Positions 55,435-64,000 of a stretch of 64,000 nucleotides of DNA are shown piece after piece. The notes under the pieces were generated by a model, which was not told the DNA's origin, searched no databases, and saw only the letters and a program-made list of their open reading frames with translations. Within the stretch, counting starts at the first letter, position 1; every line of letters starts with the position of its first letter. Source of the DNA: an uncultured Pseudomonadota bacterium (GTDB taxonomy: Bacteria > Myxococcota_A > UBA796 > SXON01); the NCBI GenBank assembly GCA_903900265.1, contig CAIUMM010000075.1, positions 95,125-159,124 of the forward strand. The letters run 5' to 3'. Both the position numbers and the translations under genes were made by a program.

Positions 55435-58094
55435 AAGGTGACCACCTGGTCGCAGCCGGTGACCAGCGCCGGATCGGTGTCGAGCAGCAGCACCGTTCCG
55501 CCCGCGTCGGCGAGGCGGTGCAGCGCGTGCAGCAGCGTCTGAATATCGGCAGGGTGCAGGCCGATGGACGGCTCGTCGAGCACGTAGAGCGTGCCGTTCA
55601 CCTCGCCCGGTTTTCCCAGCTCGCGGGCGAGCTGTATGCGCTGGTGCTCGCCGCCTGACAGCGTAGAAGCAGGCTGTCCAAGCGGCAAGTAGCCCAACCC
55701 CAGCTCGTCCAACAGGCGCAGCGGACCGGCGATCGCGCTGTGATGCTGGAACAGCACCTTGGCGTCGCGGGCGGGCAGCGCCAGCACGTCGGCCATGGAG
55801 AGCCCGTGGAACAGCACGGACAGCGTAGCGTCGTCGTATCGCTTGCCCTCGCAGGCCTCGCACTCCAGCGCGACCTCGGGCAGGTAGTGGAGATCGATGT
55901 GGCGCGTCCCTTCGCCCTCGCACAGCGCGCAACGCCCGCTGCCGGCGGTGTGCAGGCTCCAGTGTTCCGGTCCCCAGCCGTTCACCTTGGCGAGCGGCGT
56001 TCGCGCGTAGAGTCCGCGGATCTCCGCCCAGATCTTCAGCAGCGTGACCGGGAGGCTGCGCTCAGAGCGCGGGGCGCTCGCGACGCCGGCGCGAACGAGG
56101 CGGGAGATGCGCTGCATCCCATCGATGCGCTCGAACGGCAGCGGCTCGGCCCACGCGCCCAGATGACGCGCGACCGCGACCGCGAGGGTGTCGAGCACCA
56201 ACGTCGACTTCCCAACACCGCTTCGTCCGGTGACCGCGGTGACCTGCCCAAGCGGCACGATCAGATCGACGCCCGCAGGGTTTGCGTCGGCGAGGTTCCG
56301 CCCACGCGCGCCGATCAGGGTGAGCGCGCCGCGATCGGCGCGGGGCAGCGGCGCGGGCGTGACGTCGCGGCCATCCAACCAGCGCGCCGTGGGGCCCTGT
56401 TGCCCGACGAGGCCGGCCGGCGGCCCTTCGTAGAGCAGCGCACCCCCATCGGGTCCGGCGCCGGGGCCGATGTCGATCACCCAGTCGGCGGCCTGGATCA
56501 CCAGCGGATCGTGCTCGACCACCAGCACCGTGTTCCCCGCGCTCCGCAGCGCGAGCAGCACCTCGAGCAGCTGCGCGGTGTCGTCGGGATGCAAGCCCGC
56601 AGTCGGCTCATCGAACACGAACAGCACGCCGCTAAGCTGGTTTCCGGCTTGTGCGGCGATGCGCACGCGCTGGATCTCCCCGGTCGAGAGCGTGCGCGCC
56701 TCCCGCGCCAAGCAGAGGTGGCCAAGCCCGACGCGGACGAGGAAGTCGAGCCGGCGACGGATCTCGTCGATGAGCGGGGCGGCGGCCGCGCTCGCTGCGC
56801 TCCCGAACACGCCGGACGGTTGAAACACCTGCTGGATCGCGGCGATCGGGCTCCCGAGCAGCGCGGGCAGGGTCGCTCCACCCGCCGTGACGCTGGCCGC
56901 GAACGGACCGAGGCCGGTCCCTTCGCACGCGGCGCATCGGTCTTCGCGCGTGGCCAAGGAGATGCGCTCGGTGGCGCGATCGCCGGCGGCGAGCCGAGTC
57001 GCGCGCCGCACCGCTCCCTCCCAGCCGGGCCCCCCGCGCAGCACAAAATCCTGCTCTTCCCAGGTCAGATCCCGCCACGCCCGGTCGACCGGCAAGCCCT
57101 GACGGAGCGCGGCGTCCCGCACCGCTTTACCGCCTTCGACCGCGCCTTCCATCAACGAGCGCGCGGGGTCCGCGATGAGGCGTTGCGGGTCGACGGTTCG
57201 TACCGTTCCGACCCCTTCACAGCTACCGCATGCCCACCGCGGGCTGCTGGTGGAGTACAGCCGGGGCGACAGCTCCGGCAGCGCCGTCGAGCACGTCGCG
57301 CAGCGTCCGCGCACGCCCCAGATGCGCTGCACCGCCGCGCCCGCGGGGGTCTCCGGGGTGACGATCTCGACCACGACCTCTCCACGTCCGGCGCCGCGTC
57401 CGACGCGCATCGCCGTGCTGATCGCTTCGGCGATGCGCCCCGCGGTCTCGCTGTGCTGTTCGTGCTCGGGGGGATGCAAGCGCAAGCGGTCGATCACGAC
57501 GTCGAGGTCGTGGGGCACGCGATCGTCGACCGGCGCGAGGTCGTCGATCGCGGTTTGCACGCCGTCGAGCCGGACGCGCACAAAGCCCTGGCGCGGCAGC
57601 TCGCGCAGCAACGGGGCTACGGCAGCGCCGCGGGCCACCGGCGCGAGCACCGTCAGGCGACTGCCGGGGTTCATGGCCAGCAGCTCGCGCACCATCGCGT
57701 CGGGGGTGGCCATCTGGGAGGCGGTCCCGCACTTCGGACAATGCAGCGTCCCGAGCGTGGACCAGACCACGTGCAGCAGGTGGTCGAGCTCGGCCTCGCT
57801 TCCCACCGTCGCGCGGGCGCCCGGAGGCGCCTTTCCGCGCTGGCTGACGCCGATCGCCGGCGGCAAGCCGTCGATGAAGGACACCGTTGGACGCTTCATC
57901 CGGCCGAGTCGGGACCGCGCTTCGGGCGCGAGCGCCTCGACAAAGCGCCGGCTGGCTTCGGCGTAGACCGTGTCGAACGCAAAAGACGACTTTCCGGAGC
58001 CGCTCACCCCGGTGCACACGATGAACGATCCGGTGGGAAGGTCGAGATCCAGCCCGCGGAGGTTGTGTTCGCGGGCGCCGCGCACCCGGATCAT
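55422..58094 (-). CDS. UvrA-family ABC ATPase (divergent paralogue)
   Basis: Track ORF 55422-59138 trimmed to MIRVRGAREHNLRGLDLDLP.. (ATG 58092-58094). Two ABC modules (GVSGSGKSS / LSTGEIQRV / FVFDEPTAGLH; GRSGVGKST / LSGGEHQRI / YVLDEPSIGLH) and CxxC zinc modules. Conserved UvrA blocks are noticeably diverged. Confidence 0.9.
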   Translation of the reverse strand: MIRVRGAREHNLRGLDLDLPTGSFIVCTGVSGSGKSSFAFDTVYAEASRRFVEALAPEARSRLGRMKRPTVSFIDGLPPAIGVSQRGKAPPGARATVGSEAELDHLLHVVWSTLGTLHCPKCGTASQMATPDAMVRELLAMNPGSRLTVLAPVARGAAVAPLLRELPRQGFVRVRLDGVQTAIDDLAPVDDRVPHDLDVVIDRLRLHPPEHEQHSETAGRIAEAISTAMRVGRGAGRGEVVVEIVTPETPAGAAVQRIWGVRGRCATCSTALPELSPRLYSTSSPRWACGSCEGVGTVRTVDPQRLIADPARSLMEGAVEGGKAVRDAALRQGLPVDRAWRDLTWEEQDFVLRGGPGWEGAVRRATRLAAGDRATERISLATREDRCAACEGTGLGPFAASVTAGGATLPALLGSPIAAIQQVFQPSGVFGSAASAAAAPLIDEIRRRLDFLVRVGLGHLCLAREARTLSTGEIQRVRIAAQAGNQLSGVLFVFDEPTAGLHPDDTAQLLEVLLALRSAGNTVLVVEHDPLVIQAADWVIDIGPGAGPDGGALLYEGPPAGLVGQQGPTARWLDGRDVTPAPLPRADRGALTLIGARGRNLADANPAGVDLIVPLGQVTAVTGRSGVGKSTLVLDTLAVAVARHLGAWAEPLPFERIDGMQRISRLVRAGVASAPRSERSLPVTLLKIWAEIRGLYARTPLAKVNGWGPEHWSLHTAGSGRCALCEGEGTRHIDLHYLPEVALECEACEGKRYDDATLSVLFHGLSMADVLALPARDAKVLFQHHSAIAGPLRLLDELGLGYLPLGQPASTLSGGEHQRIQLARELGKPGEVNGTLYVLDEPSIGLHPADIQTLLHALHRLADAGGTVLLLDTDPALVTGCDQVVTLRRA

Positions 58095-59956
58095 CGTCTG
58101 GCCTCGCGGATCGCCGCTGCGGGGCGGGAACGATGCGTGGCCGGGGTGACGGACAGCGTGGCTGGGCCGCCGCGCAGCTTGCTCTTCAACGCGCCGAGCT
58201 CGGGGAAGTTCGATGGCACGCGGATCGCCACCGATGAGAACGTTCCTGCGGGCAGCGCGAGCACTTCGGCGATGGGCGTGACGGCGGCACCTTCGCTCCA
58301 GTGCATCGTCAGCGCTCGAGTTTCGAGGTCCATCGTCAAGGACCAGCCCATCGGGGCCCAGATCGGTCGGCCCGCCTCGCAGAGCGTGACGCGCCGAAGC
58401 GGCGGTGGCGCGCCGGCGAGCACCGCCTGCAACGCGCGTGGGGGCGCGATGAGCGCGAGGTGCGCGACCCGCGTCTGGGCGAGCAGCGCGGGGATGCGCA
58501 GCGTGCGGCGGGTGACCGCGGCGATGTGACCGCCGGGGACCTGCGCGAACATCCCCACGGCATCGGCGATCAGCGCGAGCGGCTCGGATCGGGCGTGCTG
58601 GATTTCTTGAAGGAACGCGGCACATTCTTCGGGTGTCGCGGTCAGGGGTACGCGCACTTCGATGCTGCTCAGGTTCGGCGAACGCGCCACCATCGACGCG
58701 TCGAGGCCGTCGACGACCATGTGCTCGATCGGGCCCCAGGCTGGGTCCAGCACGGCAATTTCCGGGTCGGACGCCTCGCCTTGCAGCACGAGGCCGTCGC
58801 AGTACAGCGCGTGAGCGGTGCGCAGGCCGTAGGGGCGATCGGCGACGGACTCGATCTGGCGCGCGGTAAGCTCGGCGAGGCGCACCGGATGGGAGAGCGC
58901 AGGCCAATCGACCTCGCCGTGCTCGCGAAGGGCGTCGCTGAAGACCGCGACGGCGAGCGGACGCTGATCGGCGGGGGCAGACCACGCTTTGCGGCGCAGC
59001 TGGTGCACGGTGTGCGCGTCGGTCTCCCCGGCTCCGGTGGCGCGGCGAGCCAACTTTCGCAGGCGGCCGCGCGCGGCGGGACCGGTGGCGATCGTCCACA
59101 TGCCTGCAGCTGCGAGCGAGGGCAGATGCTGCTCCCACGCGAGTCGGGGCAGACCGCGCACATCTCCGATGCGGGCGAGCGCGCGCCCCGCGGCGAGGCC
59201 CGTGCTGGAGCGAGGCTCGCGCACCAGCAGCGCTGCGCGGATCGCGGTGGCGATGCGCGGATCCGCGGGGGCGGCCGCCATCGCTTCGAGGAACGGAGTC
59301 AGATCTTTGATGGGCGGGTCCGCTGCGTGCAGGAACCCGCTCCGCAGCGCCGCTCCCGTGTGCGCGTCATCCCGGTCGCTCGCCGGGCCCTGCCAGTATG
59401 CCTTGCCCATCTGCACCGGAAGCGCCGGGGCGGCCCAGGGGTCCAATACGTCGATGACGTCGGCCACCAGCGGATCGCCGCCCTCGCGCCATAGCCGAAG
59501 CAGCGCTTCGACGGCGCGCTGCCGCTCGCCGGCTTCCCAGGCCGTTTCCGCCTCCGCGATCCGCCGGTCCACGGCCGGGTCGGTCGCCCAGTCGCTGACG
59601 ATGCGCGGGCGGAGCTGGGTGGGCAGCGCTTCGAGGGGCTCCCGGAGCGCCTCGCCGAAGCGGCGCGCGAGGTCACCAAGCAGCACGGCGTGCCGGTTCC
59701 AGTCGCGCTCTTCGTCCCAAAGCCGCACCCGGCCGAGACTCCCGCCTTGACCGACCGGATCCGACCCCAGAAACAGCGCCGCCCCGAGCCAAGACGCGAC
59801 CTCGTGGTCCGCGATCGCCGCGAGCACGTGGCTGGGCCAGATCCCGACGAAGGGGCTCGGCGTGGCTGCGAGCAGGCGCGCGGCCACCGGCCACACGGCT
59901 TCAAGGTCACCGTGTAGGGCGGCGGGGATCCAATCTCGCAGCGCGCCTGGCGTCAT
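58091..59956 (-). CDS. Hypothetical 621-aa protein coupled to the UvrA paralogue
   Basis: Track ORF 58091-60763 trimmed to MTPGALRDWIPAAL.. (ATG 59954-59956). Helical, Ala/Leu/Arg-rich, with no recognisable catalytic motif. Its TGA overlaps the uvrA-like ATG (ATGA at 58091-58094). Confidence 0.6.
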   Translation of the reverse strand: MTPGALRDWIPAALHGDLEAVWPVAARLLAATPSPFVGIWPSHVLAAIADHEVASWLGAALFLGSDPVGQGGSLGRVRLWDEERDWNRHAVLLGDLARRFGEALREPLEALPTQLRPRIVSDWATDPAVDRRIAEAETAWEAGERQRAVEALLRLWREGGDPLVADVIDVLDPWAAPALPVQMGKAYWQGPASDRDDAHTGAALRSGFLHAADPPIKDLTPFLEAMAAAPADPRIATAIRAALLVREPRSSTGLAAGRALARIGDVRGLPRLAWEQHLPSLAAAGMWTIATGPAARGRLRKLARRATGAGETDAHTVHQLRRKAWSAPADQRPLAVAVFSDALREHGEVDWPALSHPVRLAELTARQIESVADRPYGLRTAHALYCDGLVLQGEASDPEIAVLDPAWGPIEHMVVDGLDASMVARSPNLSSIEVRVPLTATPEECAAFLQEIQHARSEPLALIADAVGMFAQVPGGHIAAVTRRTLRIPALLAQTRVAHLALIAPPRALQAVLAGAPPPLRRVTLCEAGRPIWAPMGWSLTMDLETRALTMHWSEGAAVTPIAEVLALPAGTFSSVAIRVPSNFPELGALKSKLRGGPATLSVTPATHRSRPAAAIREARR

Positions 59957-60010
59957 GCAGCGGGCCTTAGCGGGTTTGCCGGCCCTCCGCCGGGTCGTTA
60001 TCCCGAGACC

Positions 60011-60613
60011 ATGCCTTGTGACGCCGCTGTCGTGCATGCTCTGGCTGCACCCCCTGCTCCCGAAGATGGCACCACGGTGATCAGCGGGCGGGTGACCTCC
60101 AACGGGGTCGATATGGCGGGTGCAAAGGCCATCTGGCGCTCCGCGGCGGGCATGGCGGCGTGGCAGAGGGTGATCACGCATCCGGAGGCCGTCGATGAGT
60201 GGGCGCCGGCGTCGTTGGGCGTAAAGCGTGCGGACCGCGTCGATCCCAGCCACATGTATCAAAAGACCGACTTCTCCTTGTTGGGTGGGCTGGTGCACAT
60301 CCAGCAGCAGGCGGTCACCGGGATTCTTTGGGACTCCAGCTCGGCGCAGCGGTTTTCGAATTGCTGGTGGGTGGAGGACCCGGCGGGTTGGACGGGAAAA
60401 GTTCCGAATGACGGCACCGATTTTGCTCAACACGGGCAAGGCGGCTGGACGGTAGAGCCCGCAGCGGGCGGCGGCTCCACCGTGTCTTACGCGTTTTGGA
60501 CTGAGGCGCGGATGTTGCTGCCTCAGGTTCAAGCCTGGGCGATGTCCAAGACCCTGCCCGAGCTCGCGCGCGCCTTCGAGCAACGCGCGGTCGCGTTGCA
60601 ACAGGGCGGCTGA
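60011..60613 (+). CDS. Hypothetical protein (possibly SRPBCC/START-like fold)
   Basis: 200-aa Trp-rich ORF, divergent from the 621-aa gene. Its codon third positions are visibly less GC-biased than in neighbouring genes. The opposite-strand ORFs are Arg-rich shadows. Confidence 0.45.
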   Translation: MPCDAAVVHALAAPPAPEDGTTVISGRVTSNGVDMAGAKAIWRSAAGMAAWQRVITHPEAVDEWAPASLGVKRADRVDPSHMYQKTDFSLLGGLVHIQQQAVTGILWDSSSAQRFSNCWWVEDPAGWTGKVPNDGTDFAQHGQGGWTVEPAAGGGSTVSYAFWTEARMLLPQVQAWAMSKTLPELARAFEQRAVALQQGG

Positions 60614-60775
60614 CCGCAGCGGCCCAACTTCGGCCGTTGTCGCGTGGTTGCTGGCGCCCCTGCGTGTTCGCTGCGCTGCGTGCGGCGCTGGGTGGTCCGC
60701 GAATCTTTCCCCGACGACCCGTAGCGGGTCGCAGAGTCGGTGGATACATGAATGAGGATTCATTCAGGAGAGATT

Positions 60776-63190
60776 TTGGCTCACCGCACGATTCGTAAAG
60801 TTGCTGTCCTTGGCGCTGGCGTCATGGGGCAGGGCATCGCCGCTCACCTCGCAAATGCAGGCATTGACAGCCTTCTGTTTGACATTCCGCCCAAGGGCTA
60901 CGCGCCGGGTCAGGACGCCCGTGCCGTCGCCAAAGCGGGCATCGCGAACCTCGCCAAGCTGAAGCCCGCGCCGCTGTTCCGGGCCGCCGACGCTAGCCGC
61001 ATCGCGCCGTGCGAGTACGAGGCGGACGCCGCGCGCTTGGCCGAGTGTGACCTCATCATCGAGGCGGTCGCTGAGATCCTGACCGTCAAGCAGAAGGTGT
61101 TTGGCTGGGTGGAAAAGAACCGCAAGGCCGGCGCCATCGTGTCCTCCAACACCTCGGGCATCCCGATCGCCGCGCTCACGGCTGGCTGGTCGGAAGGCAT
61201 GAAGTCGGACTTCCTCGTCATGCACTTCTTCAACCCGGTGCGCTACATGCGCCTGTTGGAGCTGGTCGCGGGCCCAGAGACGTCCTCGGACGTCGTCAGC
61301 ACCATTCACGACTTCGGTGAACGCGTGCTCGGCAAGGGGATCGTGTACGGCAAGGACACGCCGGCGTTCATCGCGAACCGCATCGGCACCTTCGGCATGG
61401 TCAGCATCTTCAAGCACATGGTCGCCGGTGGGTTCACCGTCGAGCAGGTGGACGCGATCTGGGGCAAGCCGATGGGACGCCCCGGCTCCGCCGTGTTCCG
61501 CACCGCCGATCTCGTCGGTCTGGACACGCTCGCGCACGTCATCGAAGGCATCCACGCCGGCTGCCCGAACGATGAGCAGCGCGGCGCCTTCGTGGTGCCC
61601 GACTTCGTTCAGAAGTTGATCAGCGCTGGCGCGTTGGGCGAGAAGTCCGGCGCTGGCTTCTACAAGAAGGTCAAGAACGAAGCTGGCAAGAGCGAGATCC
61701 TTGCTTTGAACGCGGAGTCCGGAAGCTACGTCCCTCAGGCGAAGGTGCGCTTTGACAGCCTCGGCGCCGCCCGCAAGGCCGAAGGGACCTTGGAGAGCGC
61801 GCGCATCATCCTGAACCACCCCGACGTCGCCGGTCAGTTCGCCTGGAAGGTCACCGCCGATGTGCTGATCTACGCGGCCAACCGCGTCGGCGAGATCGCC
61901 GACGACGTCGTGAACATCGACAACGCGATGAAGTGGGGCTTCGCTTGGGATCACGGCCCGTTCGAGACCTGGGACGCGCTCGGCGTCCCCGAGACGGTCG
62001 CCCGGCTTGAGGCGGACGGCCACACCGTTCCGGCGTGGGTCAAGCAGATGTTGGCGTCGGGACGTACGAAGTTCTACGAGCGGCCCGCTTCGGGTGCGAA
62101 CGCCGGGCAGCGCACGTTCTGGAACGGCGCGCCCGGTACCGGCGTGCGCCGCGTCCCGCAGAGCGCCGGCCAGCTACGCCTTGAAGATCTCCGCGCCAAC
62201 GGCCGCGAGGTGGAGAGCAACGTCTCCGCCTCGCTGATTGAGCTCGGCGATGGCGTGCTTTGTCTTGAGTTCCACTCCAAGATGAACGCGCTCGACGACA
62301 TGATCTTCCCGATGTACAGCCGCGCGCTCGACCTGCTCGACGCGGGCAAGTATGACGCGCTCGTCGTTGGAAATCAGGGCCATGTCGGTTCCACCGGCGC
62401 GTTCTGCGCCGGCGCGAACCTGCTGATGATCCTGATGGGCGCGATGCAGCAGGACTGGAAGGCCATCGACGGCGCGATCTCCAGCATGCAGACGCTGCTG
62501 ATGCGCGCCAAGTTCAGCGACAAGCCCGTCGTGACCGCGCCGTGGGGCTTGACGCTCGGCGGCGGCGTCGAAGTCACCATGCACTCGGCGGCGACCGTCG
62601 CGGCGGGTGAGCTCTACTGTGGCCTCGTCGAGGTCGGCGTGGGCTTGATCCCCGGCGGTGGCGGCTGCAAAGAGATGCTCGCCCGCTACATGGGCGACAT
62701 CCCCGCGGGCGTCGCCTATGACCCCAACCCCTTCGTACAGAAGGCGTTTGAGCACATCGGCATGGCGAAGGTCGCGACGAGCTGCGAAGAGGCGCGGGAC
62801 GCCGGCTTCCTCCGCCCGAACGACCACGTGACCCTCGATCCCGACCGCCTGATCGCCGACGCCAAGAACGTCGCGCTGGGGCTGGTCGCCGGGGGCTACA
62901 AAGCGCCTCGCAAGAAGACCTTCCGGTTGCCGGGTGCCTCGGGGCGCGGCGCGATTGAAGCGTTCCTGTTTCAGATGCGGCAGGGCGGCTACGCCACGCC
63001 GTACGACGCGGTGGTCGGCAAGAAGCTGGCCTACGTGATGACCGGCGGCGATTGCCCGGTGGGCGCGTGGCGCGGCGAGCAGGACATCCTCGACCTTGAA
63101 CGCGAGGTGTTCCTCTCGCTCTGCGGCAACGCCGAGACCGTCGCGCGGATTCAGCACATGCTCGAGAAGGGCAAGCCGCTTCGCAACTAA
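60776..63190 (+). CDS. Bifunctional 3-hydroxyacyl-CoA dehydrogenase / enoyl-CoA hydratase (FadN-type order)
   Basis: N-terminal VAVLGAGVMGQGIAAHLA Rossmann fold and a C-terminal crotonase-like domain (..FCAGANL...GGGVEVTMH..). TTG 60776, 5 nt after GGAG, is preferred; the track uses ATG 60752. Confidence 0.9.
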   Translation: MAHRTIRKVAVLGAGVMGQGIAAHLANAGIDSLLFDIPPKGYAPGQDARAVAKAGIANLAKLKPAPLFRAADASRIAPCEYEADAARLAECDLIIEAVAEILTVKQKVFGWVEKNRKAGAIVSSNTSGIPIAALTAGWSEGMKSDFLVMHFFNPVRYMRLLELVAGPETSSDVVSTIHDFGERVLGKGIVYGKDTPAFIANRIGTFGMVSIFKHMVAGGFTVEQVDAIWGKPMGRPGSAVFRTADLVGLDTLAHVIEGIHAGCPNDEQRGAFVVPDFVQKLISAGALGEKSGAGFYKKVKNEAGKSEILALNAESGSYVPQAKVRFDSLGAARKAEGTLESARIILNHPDVAGQFAWKVTADVLIYAANRVGEIADDVVNIDNAMKWGFAWDHGPFETWDALGVPETVARLEADGHTVPAWVKQMLASGRTKFYERPASGANAGQRTFWNGAPGTGVRRVPQSAGQLRLEDLRANGREVESNVSASLIELGDGVLCLEFHSKMNALDDMIFPMYSRALDLLDAGKYDALVVGNQGHVGSTGAFCAGANLLMILMGAMQQDWKAIDGAISSMQTLLMRAKFSDKPVVTAPWGLTLGGGVEVTMHSAATVAAGELYCGLVEVGVGLIPGGGGCKEMLARYMGDIPAGVAYDPNPFVQKAFEHIGMAKVATSCEEARDAGFLRPNDHVTLDPDRLIADAKNVALGLVAGGYKAPRKKTFRLPGASGRGAIEAFLFQMRQGGYATPYDAVVGKKLAYVMTGGDCPVGAWRGEQDILDLEREVFLSLCGNAETVARIQHMLEKGKPLRN

Positions 63191-63235
63191 ATCAAGAATC
63201 TTCTGAATTTTATCGAATGCTCGAAGGAGTTTCCC

Positions 63236-64000
63236 ATGCGTGAAGTCGTCATCTGCGCCGCGGTCCGTTCGGCGGTTGGAAAAAGCGGCCGTGGCAGCCT
63301 GAAGGACACCCGTCCCGATGACCTGCTCGCCCAGGTCATGAAAGGCGCGCTCGCGCGTCTTCCCATGCTCGATCCTGCGTTGATCGATGATGTGATCATC
63401 GGAACCGCGACGCCGGAGGCCGAGCAAGGGATGAACGTGGCGCGCATCGCGTCGTTCCTCGCTGACCTGCCTGATTCCGTGTCGGCCGTGACCATCAATC
63501 GGTTCTGCTCCTCGGGCTTGCAGTCGCTGGCTCAGGGCGCGGCGGCGATCGCGTGCGGTTGGCAGGACATCGCGCTCACCGGCGGCGTAGAGAGCATGAG
63601 CGTACTGGCGATGGGCGGTCAGAAGCCCAGCCCGAACCCCGATCTCGTCGAGCGCCGCCCCGAAGCCTACACGCCGATGGGCATCACCGCCGAAGTCGTC
63701 GCGACCCGCTACAACGTCTCCCGGGCCGATCAGGACGCCTTTGCGGTCGCCTCGCATCGCAAGGCGCTGTCGGCGATCCAAGAAGGTCGGTTCGCCGAAG
63801 AAATTGTACCGATTCACACCCGCGTGTCCTCGGACGCCGGATGGAAGGACATCACCTTCGCCACCGACGAAGGCCCGCGCGCCGACACGTCGATGGAGGG
63901 ACTTGGCAAGTTGAAGCCTGCGTTCAAGGCGGACGGTTCGGTCACCGCGGGCAACTCCTCGCAGACCAGCGACGGCGCTGGCGTGACCATCATCGCGGCG
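63236..64000 (+). CDS. Acetyl-CoA C-acyltransferase (thiolase), 3'-truncated by the window end
   Basis: My translation from ATG 63236 gives MREVVICAAVRSAVGKSGRGSLKDTRPDDL...VTINRFCSSGLQS (active-site Cys) ...GGVESMS. AAGGAG lies 7 nt upstream. Absent from the ORF track because there is no stop within the window. Confidence 0.9.
   Translation, partial: MREVVICAAVRSAVGKSGRGSLKDTRPDDLLAQVMKGALARLPMLDPALIDDVIIGTATPEAEQGMNVARIASFLADLPDSVSAVTINRFCSSGLQSLAQGAAAIACGWQDIALTGGVESMSVLAMGGQKPSPNPDLVERRPEAYTPMGITAEVVATRYNVSRADQDAFAVASHRKALSAIQEGRFAEEIVPIHTRVSSDAGWKDITFATDEGPRADTSMEGLGKLKPAFKADGSVTAGNSSQTSDGAGVTIIAA

Noticed and set aside
55740-58529. 929-aa plus-strand ORF opposite the UvrA paralogue
   Set aside because: Shadow ORF. 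The minus strand has two complete ABC ATPase modules.
58095-59138. N-terminal extension making the UvrA-like ORF 1238 aa. Similar over-long track ORFs are 33876-36944, 58091-60763, 7836-9092, 36699-37925, 22869-23915, 25657-26343 and 44944-45879.
   Set aside because: The extensions are Arg/Pro-rich, overlap upstream genes, and precede internal starts that give canonical N-termini or signal peptides and 4-nt stop/start overlaps. I trimmed them to those internal starts.

Overview
High-GC (roughly 68-70% by eye) bacterial chromosomal segment. Its protein families suggest a myxobacterium-like (Myxococcota or deltaproteobacterial) genome, though taxonomy cannot be proven from the window: PEGA, TSP3-OmpA, a lamin-tail-domain lipoprotein, a lysyl-oxidase homologue, many lipobox proteins and GldG-type ABC systems. 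I support about 55 protein genes, one RNA gene missing from the ORF track (SRP/4.5S RNA upstream of dnaX), a few repeats and a few weak regulatory candidates. The housekeeping backbone is rimP-nusA, ffs-dnaX-ybaB-recR, uvrC, ssb, lon, polA, and a fad pair (3-hydroxyacyl-CoA dehydrogenase/hydratase plus thiolase). Between these lie envelope and secreted-protein genes. I see no rRNA, tRNA, CRISPR, transposase, integrase, prophage or recognisable defence system, so no clear novel system can be claimed. The best candidates for under-described biology are: (1) a translationally coupled minus-strand operon led by a lysyl-oxidase homologue with intact Cu/LTQ residues, followed by a Cys-rich/TPR protein, a 209-aa protein and an M14 carboxypeptidase, running into a GldG-type ABC system; (2) dnaX split into a gamma-like ORF and a -1-frame ORF carrying the tau C-terminal domain; (3) a lidless Hsp70 coupled to a J-domain protein and a lipoprotein; (4) a divergent UvrA paralogue coupled to a 621-aa unknown protein. 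A recurring theme is enzyme homologues with substituted catalytic residues: AsnB-like, two thioredoxin-fold proteins, an SDR and the PolA exonuclease motifs. All family calls come from motif recognition by eye, with no searches run. Most long ORFs opposite the called genes are high-GC shadow ORFs.
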